Assembly: GCA_021791055.1 (NCBI GenBank)
Contig: JAJYXI010000051.1
Coordinates: 1,653 to 65,652, forward strand
Reading direction: 5' to 3'
DNA from: Nitrospirota bacterium
GTDB lineage: Bacteria; Nitrospirota; Thermodesulfovibrionia; Thermodesulfovibrionales; Dissulfurispiraceae
DNA: 64,000 bases
The notes beneath the pieces were generated by a model, which was not told the DNA's origin, made no database searches, and saw only the letters and a program-made list of their open reading frames with translations. Below are positions 38,133-47,566 of the stretch, piece by piece; position 1 is the stretch's first letter; every line of letters begins with the position of its first letter. The position numbers and the translations under genes were made by a program.

Positions 38133-38404
38133 TGTGCAGGCAAAGTAGCTACACTAATTTTTTGGCAATGATTTCGACAGAATTCCATAAATATTTGATG
38201 GAAAATGAAAATTTTGCAGATAAGATACCTGCTAATGCCATGATTATATTCCAGGTCGAAGGAGAAGACGACTTTAATAAATGGCATGAAGAGACGTCAT
38301 TGAGAAATCGAGAAGCAGGCCAGCCGATAGTTTATGTATATGTAAAGAAATGGAGAAAACACTCCTCTATCGAAGAAGTCAGTCTGTCAGAGGCTGCAGC
38401 ATAA
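38132..38404 (+). CDS. Small hypothetical protein (DUF5647-like by recollection); the start may be the internal MISTEF at 38168
   Basis: FHKYLMENENFADKIPANAMIIFQ...GQPIVYVYVKK pattern. The family assignment is weak. Confidence 0.4.
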   Translation: MCRQSSYTNFLAMISTEFHKYLMENENFADKIPANAMIIFQVEGEDDFNKWHEETSLRNREAGQPIVYVYVKKWRKHSSIEEVSLSEAAA

Positions 38405-38417
38405 CAGCAACCACGCT

Positions 38418-38876
38418 ATGAGCATAGAAGACAAAATAAAAAAACTTGGCATCACCCTTTCAGATGCACCTAAGCCACTGGGCTCGTATGTGCCGTGCGT
38501 TCAGACAGGCAATCTCCTGTTTCTGAGCGGAATGCTTCCATTGAAAGACGGCAAACTAATTAAGACGGGAAAGCTCGGAGAATCCGTATCAATCGAAGAA
38601 GCTCAGGAATGCGCAAGGCAGTGCGTTATAAATGCGCTTTCGGTTTTGAAGTCTCATCTTGGAAATCTCGATAAAATCAAAGGGTGCGTAAAGCTAAACG
38701 GTTATGTGGCGTCAACGCAAGACTTCACAGAGCAGCCTAAAGTGCTGAATGCGGCGTCCGATCTTTTGTTTGAAATCTTCGGCGAAGCCGGCAGGCACGC
38801 CCGCGCAGCAGTCGGGGTATATGTTCTCCCGCTGAATTCTCCGGTAGAAATTGATTTTATTTTTGAAACGGCTTAA
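38418..38876 (+). CDS. ridA: RidA/YjgF-family reactive-intermediate deaminase
   Basis: 152 aa. YVPCVQTGNLLFLSGMLP and the C-terminal ...ARAAVGV..LP.N..VEI pattern. Confidence 0.85.
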   Translation: MSIEDKIKKLGITLSDAPKPLGSYVPCVQTGNLLFLSGMLPLKDGKLIKTGKLGESVSIEEAQECARQCVINALSVLKSHLGNLDKIKGCVKLNGYVASTQDFTEQPKVLNAASDLLFEIFGEAGRHARAAVGVYVLPLNSPVEIDFIFETA

Positions 38877-38895
38877 AAATACTTTCACCGCCCTG

Positions 38896-40164
38896 TTAAA
38901 ACCCGAATATTCCTTTAAGCTTTTTTAACGGGCTGCTGCCTTCTTCGTCTTTAGTTTTGCCCTCGTCTTTGGTCTTTGACCCGCTTTCTATTTCCGGTTC
39001 CTCTTCTTTAGACCGTTCTTTTTTAGATCGCCTCGGAGTATCATCCTGTTCCATCTCATCAAGCACAACCATACCCGTGGATTTCAGTCTGACTTTCACT
39101 GTCCAGACCGGATTCCATTTCTCCCTCTCCTTCGGATTGTCAGGTCTCGGGGGATGGACTAAATTTAATTCATCACCGTAGGCAATAAACTGTACTGCTG
39201 CGCCTCGCGCGTCTTCAAAAATTCCTCCCGGAACCGCACAACTGGTTGTATCGGCAGGCATTATCACCTTTTCTTTTATAAATCTCCGTACATCGTCATT
39301 AGATAAGTAATGCATAAGCCCCCAGCCTGTATCATACACCTCGCTTGATGTCCAGAGAATCATCTCACCAGTCTTTTCATTGTGCGAGATTGCAGTTGCG
39401 AAATACCCTGTGGCTGTCGGAATAGGCTTCCACGCAAATTGAAACCCTCTTGAATGGTCTCCTTTAACAGATGTAAATTCAACAGGCGCCATAAAATCAT
39501 GTCTCTCGTCTATCTTGAAACGGATAGTATCAGGCAGATAATTGCCGTGTATCACATGCTCGCCTATAAGTGAACTGTCTTTTTGCACATCAATCTTCTT
39601 TTTTATATTAGGCCATTCGGAATAAATCCAGCCTGAACGCGGGGCAGGCGGATACTGAGGCGATGGCGCGCGTCCTGCCATTGCCCTGCCGAACTCCTCA
39701 ATGGTTATTTTATCAGTGTCTATAACTTTAGGCTGCCCCTGACGAACCTTTTCACTGCATCCCCAATAAACGAGCATTCTGAACTTAGGTTTCTCGTATC
39801 CTTCGCTTCCCTCGCTCATCCCCGGCTTTCCCTTCGGAGGAGTCAAAAGAGGCAGAGTATCACCCATTTTCATTCCCGGCGGTATATCATGGGTTGCCTG
39901 TAGGTCTGAAGATGCTTTATGAGGCGAGTTAAGCTGCAAATAAAGAGAACGCTTCGCCTTGCCGAATCCCCCCAACATGCCGCCAAGTCCGGGAATATCA
40001 GGCATCTCGCCCTGCATCCCCGGCATGCTCATGTTATTTGTTTCAACGCTCATCCAGTATCTCGGATAAGGCTTTTTCCCCTTTTCGGCAGAAAATGAAG
40101 AACCTGAATAAAGAAACGCTATTAATACAATGATGACCGTGCAAGTTTTTTTATAGATGCCCAT
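38896..40164 (-). CDS. Secreted hypothetical protein (422 aa) with a Lys/Glu-rich C-terminal tail
   Basis: Signal peptide ...SGSSFSAE. I recognise no family. Confidence 0.6.
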   Translation of the reverse strand: MGIYKKTCTVIIVLIAFLYSGSSFSAEKGKKPYPRYWMSVETNNMSMPGMQGEMPDIPGLGGMLGGFGKAKRSLYLQLNSPHKASSDLQATHDIPPGMKMGDTLPLLTPPKGKPGMSEGSEGYEKPKFRMLVYWGCSEKVRQGQPKVIDTDKITIEEFGRAMAGRAPSPQYPPAPRSGWIYSEWPNIKKKIDVQKDSSLIGEHVIHGNYLPDTIRFKIDERHDFMAPVEFTSVKGDHSRGFQFAWKPIPTATGYFATAISHNEKTGEMILWTSSEVYDTGWGLMHYLSNDDVRRFIKEKVIMPADTTSCAVPGGIFEDARGAAVQFIAYGDELNLVHPPRPDNPKEREKWNPVWTVKVRLKSTGMVVLDEMEQDDTPRRSKKERSKEEEPEIESGSKTKDEGKTKDEEGSSPLKKLKGIFGF

Positions 40165-40274
40165 TTCCCCTCCCTGTTCCTCCGGATATTACTAAAGTAA
40201 TTATACACCATTTCTCACCATCCCCTTATATATAGAGATAGATTTTATTTTCGAGATAACGCCTTAGTTACCCT

Positions 40275-40502
40275 TTATATCAAGCCAAGCTCCTTTAACT
40301 GTTTCACCATCTCATCAAACTCGGGACGAAACCGGTAACCAAGCCGGACGATTGCTTCGTAAGGCTCCATCGAGGCATTTGGATCTGCCAGTGACAGATA
40401 CTCGCTGAATATGGCGTTAAAGGCATTTCTCTTGGGAACCACAAAATAATTGTCCTCAAAGGCAGCGGCAATCTTAAAGGCAATATCTTCTATCTCAGCC
40501 AT
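40275..40502 (-). CDS. Hypothetical protein (75 aa)
   Basis: Intact ORF downstream of the radical SAM gene, with GGAGGAGGAAAGC SD-like sequence upstream. Confidence 0.45.
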   Translation of the reverse strand: MAEIEDIAFKIAAAFEDNYFVVPKRNAFNAIFSEYLSLADPNASMEPYEAIVRLGYRFRPEFDEMVKQLKELGLI

Positions 40503-40531
40503 GCTTTCCTCCTCCTTTGCTTAGTCCTTTG

Positions 40532-42235
40532 TTATACATTCATAGCCTCCATATACTCATCCCACAGCCTTTCTTTTGATATGCCTGTGTCTATAAAATC
40601 CCATGGCAGGACTTCATCATAATCTTTTTTCCTGAATATATAAAAGCCTATATCCACTCCTGCCAGCGAGCACGCAACTTTATAGTCATCTGCCTTAACC
40701 ATCGCCTTTAAAACATTAAATACTCTTCTGTCGCCCACAGAGAAAAGCCCCTGCATGTGAGCATATTTTGGAACATCATGAAAGACCTTTACACCCTTTT
40801 CATCCCTCAATGCCTTCTTAATAAACTTCAGCTTCTCCTTTACAGAATCAAGAGGCTCCATAGGATGCCATTGAAACGGAGTAAAGGGCTTTGGAACGAA
40901 TGTACTAACGCTCAATATTATATTTCCCTTGCTCGAAATTCTCCTCACTTTTTTTACAATCTCAACAATCCCTGAGATGTCTTCATCCGTCTCTGTTGGA
41001 AGCCCTATTATAAAATAAAGCCTCAAATTCTCTATGCCTGCATTTAATATAAGTTCCGATGTGTTAAGTATGTCATTTTCTGTAATCTTTTTGTTGACAA
41101 CCCTTCTCATCCTCTCTGTGCCTGCCTCGGGTGCAATAGAAACACTCTTATGTCCTTTTAAAAGCTCCACAAGTTCGGCGCTCTTTTCACTTGCACGCAA
41201 AGAGGTTATGGAAAAATCAACACCGTCAATGCATAAGACATCCTTGATATATGCATAATCTGTGAGGGAAGGCCCTATTAATCCTATTCTTAATCCCCCC
41301 TTCCCCCCTTTAGTAAAGGGTGGTGTTGGGGGGATTTGAAGCTTCTTGGCCTTTTCAATTTCTGCCTTAATGGTTTCGAGCTCTTTTTTTCTCACCGGGC
41401 TGTAAATATGCCCAACAAGGCAGAACCTGCATTTCCAAGGGCATCCCCTCATAGCCTCGATAAGATACATGTCCGAAAACTCCGCCTCCGGAGTAGTAAT
41501 CGCTGTTGTAACAGGAGAAAGTGATAAATCCTTAATGTATCTCCTTTTTATCTTTTCCGGCACTCCATGTTTTGCAATCCTTTCAACTATCCTGTCGTCA
41601 GGAGCGTATTTAATACCATAGAACTCAGGAATATAAATACCTTCGATGTTAATTGCTTCCTTTTTCATATCATTTACCCCCATTCGTCCCCCCTTACCAA
41701 GGGGGGATTTGAGGGGGGTAGAATAAACATCCAGAAACTCATTCAGCGATTCCTCTGCCTCGCCGACAAAGATTATGTCAAAGACTGGAGCTACCGGCTC
41801 AGGGTTGAAAAAACAGCAAACGCCGCCTGCAATTAGAAGAGGATGATATTCGTTCCTTTCGGACGAACTAAACGGGATTTTTGAAATATCGAGTATCTTT
41901 AAAATATTCGGGTAGTCGTTTTCAAATGAAATGGAAAAAGCTACTATATCAAATCGGTTTAACGGCCTCTTTGATTCAAGGGAAAATACAGGTGTATCGG
42001 TTCTTCTGTATTCTTCGATGTCTTTCTCATCAGGCAGAAATGCCCTTTCGCATACAACATCATCCCTTTTATTCAGAAGGCCGTAAATGCCCTGAAATCC
42101 CAAGTTTGACATACCCACATGATAGGTATTCGGATACACAAGGCATATATTTATCTTTCCGCCCGGGTCTTTAAAGATGGTGCCTTTTTCCTTTGAAAGA
42201 AGGGTGTCCGCTTTTTCGATGAGCTTACGGTTCAC
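40532..42235 (-). CDS. B12-binding-domain radical SAM protein
   Basis: CPWKCRFC (CxxxCxxC) cluster motif and an N-terminal B12-like domain. Two in-frame C/G palindrome inserts. ATGA-type overlap with ftsZ. Confidence 0.85.
   Translation of the reverse strand: MNRKLIEKADTLLSKEKGTIFKDPGGKINICLVYPNTYHVGMSNLGFQGIYGLLNKRDDVVCERAFLPDEKDIEEYRRTDTPVFSLESKRPLNRFDIVAFSISFENDYPNILKILDISKIPFSSSERNEYHPLLIAGGVCCFFNPEPVAPVFDIIFVGEAEESLNEFLDVYSTPLKSPLGKGGRMGVNDMKKEAINIEGIYIPEFYGIKYAPDDRIVERIAKHGVPEKIKRRYIKDLSLSPVTTAITTPEAEFSDMYLIEAMRGCPWKCRFCLVGHIYSPVRKKELETIKAEIEKAKKLQIPPTPPFTKGGKGGLRIGLIGPSLTDYAYIKDVLCIDGVDFSITSLRASEKSAELVELLKGHKSVSIAPEAGTERMRRVVNKKITENDILNTSELILNAGIENLRLYFIIGLPTETDEDISGIVEIVKKVRRISSKGNIILSVSTFVPKPFTPFQWHPMEPLDSVKEKLKFIKKALRDEKGVKVFHDVPKYAHMQGLFSVGDRRVFNVLKAMVKADDYKVACSLAGVDIGFYIFRKKDYDEVLPWDFIDTGISKERLWDEYMEAMNV
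41292..41336. repeat. Nested C-run/G-run palindromic element in frame in the radical SAM gene (copy A)
   Basis: AATCCCCCCTTCCCCCCTTTAGTAAAGGGTGGTGTTGGGGGGATT, translated on the minus strand as IPPTPPFTKGGKGG. Confidence 0.85.
41676..41719. repeat. Nested C-run/G-run palindromic element in frame in the radical SAM gene (copy B)
   Basis: ACCCCCATTCGTCCCCCCTTACCAAGGGGGGATTTGAGGGGGGT. The core CCCCCCTTACCAAGGGGGG is identical to the fabF copy. Confidence 0.85.
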
Positions 42236-43530
42236 TCCCCTATCTTCTTCCTCAAAAAAGTCGGGATGTCATAAATATCTTCCTGCGGGAGGATGGATTC
42301 GTTTAAAACAGGCTTTTGCTCTCCCTGCTTTTGAATTTGTATTTCGAGAAGACTCTTCTCGGATTCTATATTCTGAATATTTTCTGCAAGACTTTCCATA
42401 TCTTTGGCCGGTTCTTTTACGGGTTCCTTTGAAAGGCTTTGTCCAAACGGACTTTGCTCTTTTGATGGCATATCAATACTCTTCTTGTCTAATATCCTTC
42501 CAGAGCCTTTAAGGCTGATCGGGTCTTTCTTTGGCATCCATTTCTTAACCTGGGGCAGTTCGGCCTTCTCCACCCTATCTTCAAGCCCTGTGGCTATTAC
42601 TGTCACCCTCACATCATCTTCCATATCGGGATTTATAACAGCGCCCAAAATTATATTTGCCTCATCATGGGCAGAGTCGTAAATCAAAGATGATGCCTCC
42701 TGAACGGCATCTATGGACATGTTAAGTCCGCCTGTTATGTTTATGAGAATCCCCTTTGCTCCTTCTATTGACGACTCCTCAAGAAGGGGATTTGATATCG
42801 CCCTTTTTGCTGCCTCAAATGCTCCTCCTTCGCCGCTTCCGGTTCCCATTCCGATAACAGCCCTTCCTGCATTTTCCATTACTGATTTGACATCGGCAAA
42901 ATCAAGGTTTATGAGACCCGGGATGAGTATTAAATCAGAGATGCCCTGTATTGCCTGCCTTAAGACATCATTTGCAATCGAAAAAGATTTAAGCAATGGA
43001 GTGCCTTTTTCTACAACGAGATGAATCCTGTCATTGGGAATAACTATAAGGGTATCTACATGTTTTTTAAGCTCCCTTATGCCTTCCTCTGCATTTATGG
43101 CCCTCTTTCTGCCTTCGTAATAAAAGGGTTTTGTAACAACACCGACAGTAAGTATGCCCATCTCCTTTGCGAGATTAGCAATCACAGGCGCTGCTCCTGT
43201 GCCTGTTCCTCCGCCCATGCCTGCAGTGATGAATACCATATCAGCGCCTTCGATACAGCCTGCTATCGAGTCCTTATCTTCAATTGCAGCCTGCCTCCCG
43301 ATAACGGGGTTTGAGCCGGCGCCGAGACCCTTTGTCAGGTCTGTGCCTATCTTTACCTTTACGGGTGCGAGTGATGCAGCGAGGTGCTGATTGTCTGTAT
43401 TTACAGCGATAAATTCCACTCCGTATAAATTTGCAGCTACCATGCTGTTGATAGCATTACCGCCGCCGCCGCCAACGCCAATCACCTTTATCTTTGCAAC
43501 CAGCCTTCCAATATCCTCTAATTCAAACAT
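42232..43530 (-). CDS. ftsZ: Cell division protein FtsZ
   Basis: GVGGGGGNA and GGGTGTGAAPV tubulin signature, with a C-terminal DIPTFLRK peptide. Confidence 0.97.
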   Translation of the reverse strand: MFELEDIGRLVAKIKVIGVGGGGGNAINSMVAANLYGVEFIAVNTDNQHLAASLAPVKVKIGTDLTKGLGAGSNPVIGRQAAIEDKDSIAGCIEGADMVFITAGMGGGTGTGAAPVIANLAKEMGILTVGVVTKPFYYEGRKRAINAEEGIRELKKHVDTLIVIPNDRIHLVVEKGTPLLKSFSIANDVLRQAIQGISDLILIPGLINLDFADVKSVMENAGRAVIGMGTGSGEGGAFEAAKRAISNPLLEESSIEGAKGILINITGGLNMSIDAVQEASSLIYDSAHDEANIILGAVINPDMEDDVRVTVIATGLEDRVEKAELPQVKKWMPKKDPISLKGSGRILDKKSIDMPSKEQSPFGQSLSKEPVKEPAKDMESLAENIQNIESEKSLLEIQIQKQGEQKPVLNESILPQEDIYDIPTFLRKKIGE

Positions 43531-43539
43531 AAACGCCTC

Positions 43540-44832
43540 CTATCTCTTCCCCAGTATATTCTTAAACCATCCAGTCATTTTATTTAAAATCCTGTTAAAC
43601 AGATCAGAAGAAAAACCGCCTCTTTCAGAGGGCATTATTGACTCAATCCCGTATAATACAAGACCTATACCCGTGGCATACATGGGATTATTGAATTCAC
43701 CTTTTAATCCATTCATGCTATGCACGCCAATGTCTCCATTAAAACTCTTCTCAGAAAAATTCTGGTGTGAAAGATGAGGATAACCTATCCTCACAGGCAT
43801 TGATAAAATAGCCTCTGACATCCTGTCAAACCCTGCAAGCAAGGAAGATCCGCCTGTCAAGACAACTCCTGACACAATAATGCCGTTGTTATGCAATGTC
43901 TGTATTTCCTGTTTGACAAGCTCAAGAAGCTCTTCGCATCTCGGCTGGAGTATCTCTGTAATATATCTCTGCGGTATTCCCCTCACCTGCCCATCAATGG
44001 CTACAACATCGACCTCAGCATTTTCATTCTCAGACAAGATAGAACCATATCTCTTCTTCACCCTCTCTGCCTCGTTAAATGGCAGTCTAAGTCCGACAGA
44101 TATGTCGTTTGTAAAGTGATTGCCTCCTATTCCCAATACTGCCGTATGTCTCAGCCATCCCTCTTTGTAAATGGCGATGTCCGTTGTACCGCCGCCAATA
44201 TCAACAAGGGCTATGCCCATATCGCGCTCATCGTCTGTTAATGTCGCTTCTGAAGATGCAAGGGGTTGAAGGACTATATCGACAACCTCAAGCCCTGCCC
44301 TCTCGCAGCACTTCAGGAGATTCTGTACAGATGCGACAGCGCCTGTCACAATATAGACCTTCACCTCAAGCCTGACTCCTGCCATTCCAACAGGGTCTTT
44401 TATTCCGTCCTGCCCGTCGAGGATAAAATCTGTGGGAAGCACATGAAGTATCTCGCGGTCTAAAGGCACATATACGGCACTTGCAGAATCAATGGCCCTT
44501 TCTACATCCTCGGCCGTCACCTCTTTGCCCTTGATTCCAACAGCGCCATAACTGCTGAAGCTCTTTATATGGCTCCCTGCAATGCCTACATGCACATCCC
44601 TGATGCCAATGCCTGTCTGCTCCTCGACATCAGAAACCGCCTTTCTTATCGAATTTGCAGTAGCCTCTATATCAATCACAACGCCTTTTCTGAGGCCTGT
44701 TGATGGATTGGAGCTGACTGCAAGTATATTTATTCCATCATCTGTTACCTCTCCTGCAATAGCGCATATCTTTGTCGTGCCCACATCGAGTCCGACAATA
44801 ACACTGCTATTTCTTTTTCTTTTCTCTGCCAT
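43540..44832 (-). CDS. ftsA: Cell division protein FtsA
   Basis: Actin-like ATPase: VGLDVGTTKI, VDIGGGTTD, VLTGGSS. Confidence 0.95.
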   Translation of the reverse strand: MAEKRKRNSSVIVGLDVGTTKICAIAGEVTDDGINILAVSSNPSTGLRKGVVIDIEATANSIRKAVSDVEEQTGIGIRDVHVGIAGSHIKSFSSYGAVGIKGKEVTAEDVERAIDSASAVYVPLDREILHVLPTDFILDGQDGIKDPVGMAGVRLEVKVYIVTGAVASVQNLLKCCERAGLEVVDIVLQPLASSEATLTDDERDMGIALVDIGGGTTDIAIYKEGWLRHTAVLGIGGNHFTNDISVGLRLPFNEAERVKKRYGSILSENENAEVDVVAIDGQVRGIPQRYITEILQPRCEELLELVKQEIQTLHNNGIIVSGVVLTGGSSLLAGFDRMSEAILSMPVRIGYPHLSHQNFSEKSFNGDIGVHSMNGLKGEFNNPMYATGIGLVLYGIESIMPSERGGFSSDLFNRILNKMTGWFKNILGKR

Positions 44833-44835
44833 CCG

Positions 44836-45666
44836 TCATTCCTTTTGTTTTTTATCTTTTTGTAATATGGGGTTGCTCGAAAGGGAACTTTGTTCCCCTT
44901 CGATACTACCCGCTGGCTTTACTATTATCTTATTGGCGAATCGCAGGTCTATGTATTCGACAGACATATTCCGCTTTTCTATCTCATCCCTCACAAATTC
45001 AAGCCGCTCCAGCTTTTTATCGAAATCGCCGGCGCCGATCTTTATGGATATGTTATCGAGTTTTAATGTAATGTCTTCAGGCCTCTGCCCTGTTATTTCA
45101 AGGTTTCCGTCATAAGACAATACCTTTTTGCTGTGAAGGACATTTACAAATCTCACTGCCTCTTCATAGGCGTCTTTATTATTTTTATAATCCATATCCT
45201 TTATAACAGGCAGAAAAAGGACAGTCGATTCCCTCATCTGTTCAAGGATGTTGCCTTCTCTGTCTATAAGATACGGCCTGTCCGCAATGCTCAGGATGGC
45301 AACAGGAACTGCCTCTGTCACATTTATCAGTACCCTTCCTGAAAGCTCTTTCTTAATGACCGCATCCCTTATCCACGGAGATGACTTGAGCCTCTTATAA
45401 AGCTCCCTTCCCGAAACACCGAAAAGTTCGTTTCCCTTCTTGATCTTGATCAACGACTTCAGCTCATCGTTTTTAAGGTGATGGTTCCCTACAAAGGCTA
45501 TATCCCTGACCAGCATGTGGTTTTTGATTAAAAAATATGCAGCGGAGAAAGCAACAACAAAAATCAAAAAAAGAAAAACAGCGAATTTTATCTTCTTTCT
45601 TTCCTTCTTCCTCTGCAATGACCTCAGGTTTCTCCTGTTTATGTTCATGGTCTTAATCTTTGTCAA
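44836..45666 (-). CDS. ftsQ: Cell division protein FtsQ
   Basis: N-terminal TM helix, POTRA region ([12 protein letters not shown]) and position between ddl and ftsA. Confidence 0.8.
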   Translation of the reverse strand: MTKIKTMNINRRNLRSLQRKKERKKIKFAVFLFLIFVVAFSAAYFLIKNHMLVRDIAFVGNHHLKNDELKSLIKIKKGNELFGVSGRELYKRLKSSPWIRDAVIKKELSGRVLINVTEAVPVAILSIADRPYLIDREGNILEQMRESTVLFLPVIKDMDYKNNKDAYEEAVRFVNVLHSKKVLSYDGNLEITGQRPEDITLKLDNISIKIGAGDFDKKLERLEFVRDEIEKRNMSVEYIDLRFANKIIVKPAGSIEGEQSSLSSNPILQKDKKQKE

Positions 45667-46591
45667 ACAATGTCTGCTTCAGTATCTCCTCTATTAAATC
45701 GGAAAATTCCAATCCAGAGAGTTTTGCTATCTTCGGCAAAAGGCTCGTCTCTGTCATCCCGGGTATGGTATTTACCTCAAGTATATACGGCTCATTTGAC
45801 TCATCTAAAATGAAATCAACCCTTGTGGCTCCTTTACAGCCGAGGGCATTGTGCGCCTTCAGAGCCGCACCCTTAAGCGTTTCATATGCACAGTCATCAA
45901 TCTCTGGAGGCAGTATGTATTGCGTAAGTCCCGGAGTATATTTCGCCTCGTAACTGTAAAACTCCTTTGACGGCCTCACCTCGACACCGCCAAGCACAGT
46001 CTGTCCGAGTACGCCTATCTGTATCTCTTTGCCCTTTATGTATCTTTCAATAATTATTTTTCTTCCGTAAGCAAAAGCGCTTTTGACGGCATCGGTCAGA
46101 TCTTCCTCGTCCTTTACTATGCTGACCCCTATACTTGAACCCTCTGCAATAGGCTTGACAACCCACGGTAAAGGGAAATCGACAACAGCAGTTATCAATT
46201 GAGGATTGATTCTTTCCCCTGCCTGTTCTCTGTTTATCACCACAAAGGGCGATACAGGTATATCGTGATAAAGGAATATCTTCTTTGATGCCTCTTTGTC
46301 CATTGCCAGCGCAGACGCCAAAATACCTGAGCCAGTATACGGAATACCCATGACTTCAAGAAGACCCTGAACAGCGCCGTTTTCGCCGTGGCCTCCGTGA
46401 AGGGCCATAAAGGCAATTTCTATGTTCTCCTTCTTTAAGTCCTCGCAGATATTGTCTGATACATCCATAAAAACAGCATCGTATCCGAGGTTCAGCAATG
46501 CTTTATAAATGGCATTCCCGCTCTTAAGGGAAACCTCCCTTTCGGCAGATGTTCCGCCTGCAAGAACCCCTATGCGTTTATCAGTTATCAT
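45653..46591 (-). CDS. ddl: D-alanine--D-alanine ligase
   Basis: [28 protein letters not shown] and ATP-grasp EVNTIPGMT. Confidence 0.95.
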   Translation of the reverse strand: MITDKRIGVLAGGTSAEREVSLKSGNAIYKALLNLGYDAVFMDVSDNICEDLKKENIEIAFMALHGGHGENGAVQGLLEVMGIPYTGSGILASALAMDKEASKKIFLYHDIPVSPFVVINREQAGERINPQLITAVVDFPLPWVVKPIAEGSSIGVSIVKDEEDLTDAVKSAFAYGRKIIIERYIKGKEIQIGVLGQTVLGGVEVRPSKEFYSYEAKYTPGLTQYILPPEIDDCAYETLKGAALKAHNALGCKGATRVDFILDESNEPYILEVNTIPGMTETSLLPKIAKLSGLEFSDLIEEILKQTLFDKD

Positions 46592-46754
46592 AAATCATTG
46601 CCTCTCAAATTAATTGCCTCCTATTTTATCAGGGAAACGCATAATATCTCCAATCCATAATTTACCTTTTCCATCTGCAATCTTCTCCTGTCATCTGCCC
46701 AATATGAAAAACTATTGCGGTGAATATTATCATTGCATAAGTTATAATATATAC

Positions 46755-46955
46755 ATGCATAAAAAGTCGCTACTTCAGACCAACCCTTATTTGAAAGATC
46801 CTGAAAAGCGCCGGCAAATAATCGAGACTGTTGTGCGTTCTTCCTCATCCATCGAGGGCGTCCATGTTGCTGCCGAGGAAGCGCTTCTAAAAATTTCCAA
46901 AACACGCACCACTATTTCGCCAGCGTCCGTCTCGTTCTCGAAAGCACAGCGCTGA
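46755..46955 (+). CDS. Small ORF (66 aa) carrying an S-x-x-x-E-G motif (Fic-inhibitory-helix-like)
   Basis: ...VVRSSSSIEGVHV... TATAAT lies 6 nt upstream of the ATG and there is no SD. Its 3' end overlaps the Fic ORF by 44 nt on the opposite strand. Confidence 0.3.
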   Translation: MHKKSLLQTNPYLKDPEKRRQIIETVVRSSSSIEGVHVAAEEALLKISKTRTTISPASVSFSKAQR

Positions 46956-47432
46956 ATACTCTTTTCATCGGTTCATAGTCCTTATTTGCACTCGCTTGAA
47001 CAGCGGCAAAATATGATTTTCTCATTTTGCCACGAATTCCTGTAAAATCAAGGCCCGGCAGCCCTGCCTGTAATGCCATTAATACAGCAAGCAATCTTCC
47101 GACCCTTCCATTCCCTTCTCTGAAAGGATGAATCAACATCAATTCTGCATGGACTACGGATAGTGCGGTTATGATTTCTTCATCTTTAGCGAACAGACAG
47201 GGTACCCTTCCCCGCGAGCCGGGCTCAAACTGGTCTTCAATTAAATGTGATGTCTTATAACGGCCTGATTTTTTCAATCTCCCTGCCCTCTGCCCAGCTC
47301 ACCTCTACAAGCTCTATCTAATAATGAATGGAGATTGACAACTCTTAAACCATCTTCAAAAATAATTTCCTCGACATCAGCCTTAAAGTTATACAACAAA
47401 GCAGCGCTGTAATGTTCAATATGTATTGACAT
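46912..47432 (-). pseudogene. Fic-domain gene split into a 52-aa N-terminal ORF (47274-47432) and a 121-aa ORF (46912-47277)
   Basis: HPFREGNGRVGR Fic motif in the distal ORF, which has only about 60 aa before the motif. The junction ...GGAGATTGAAAAAATCAGG has a TGA/TTG overlap next to an A6 run. Confidence 0.45.
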
Positions 47433-47566
47433 TTCTCTTTCCCCTTACTTTATCTTCCCCTCCACAATCTCAAATCTCCTGCCTGCGGCAGGCCTCCAAA
47501 AGATAATGGCTCGAAAAGATGCCAGAGGTTATTCAGACATCCTTAAACAAATCCGGCTGTGTTTTT

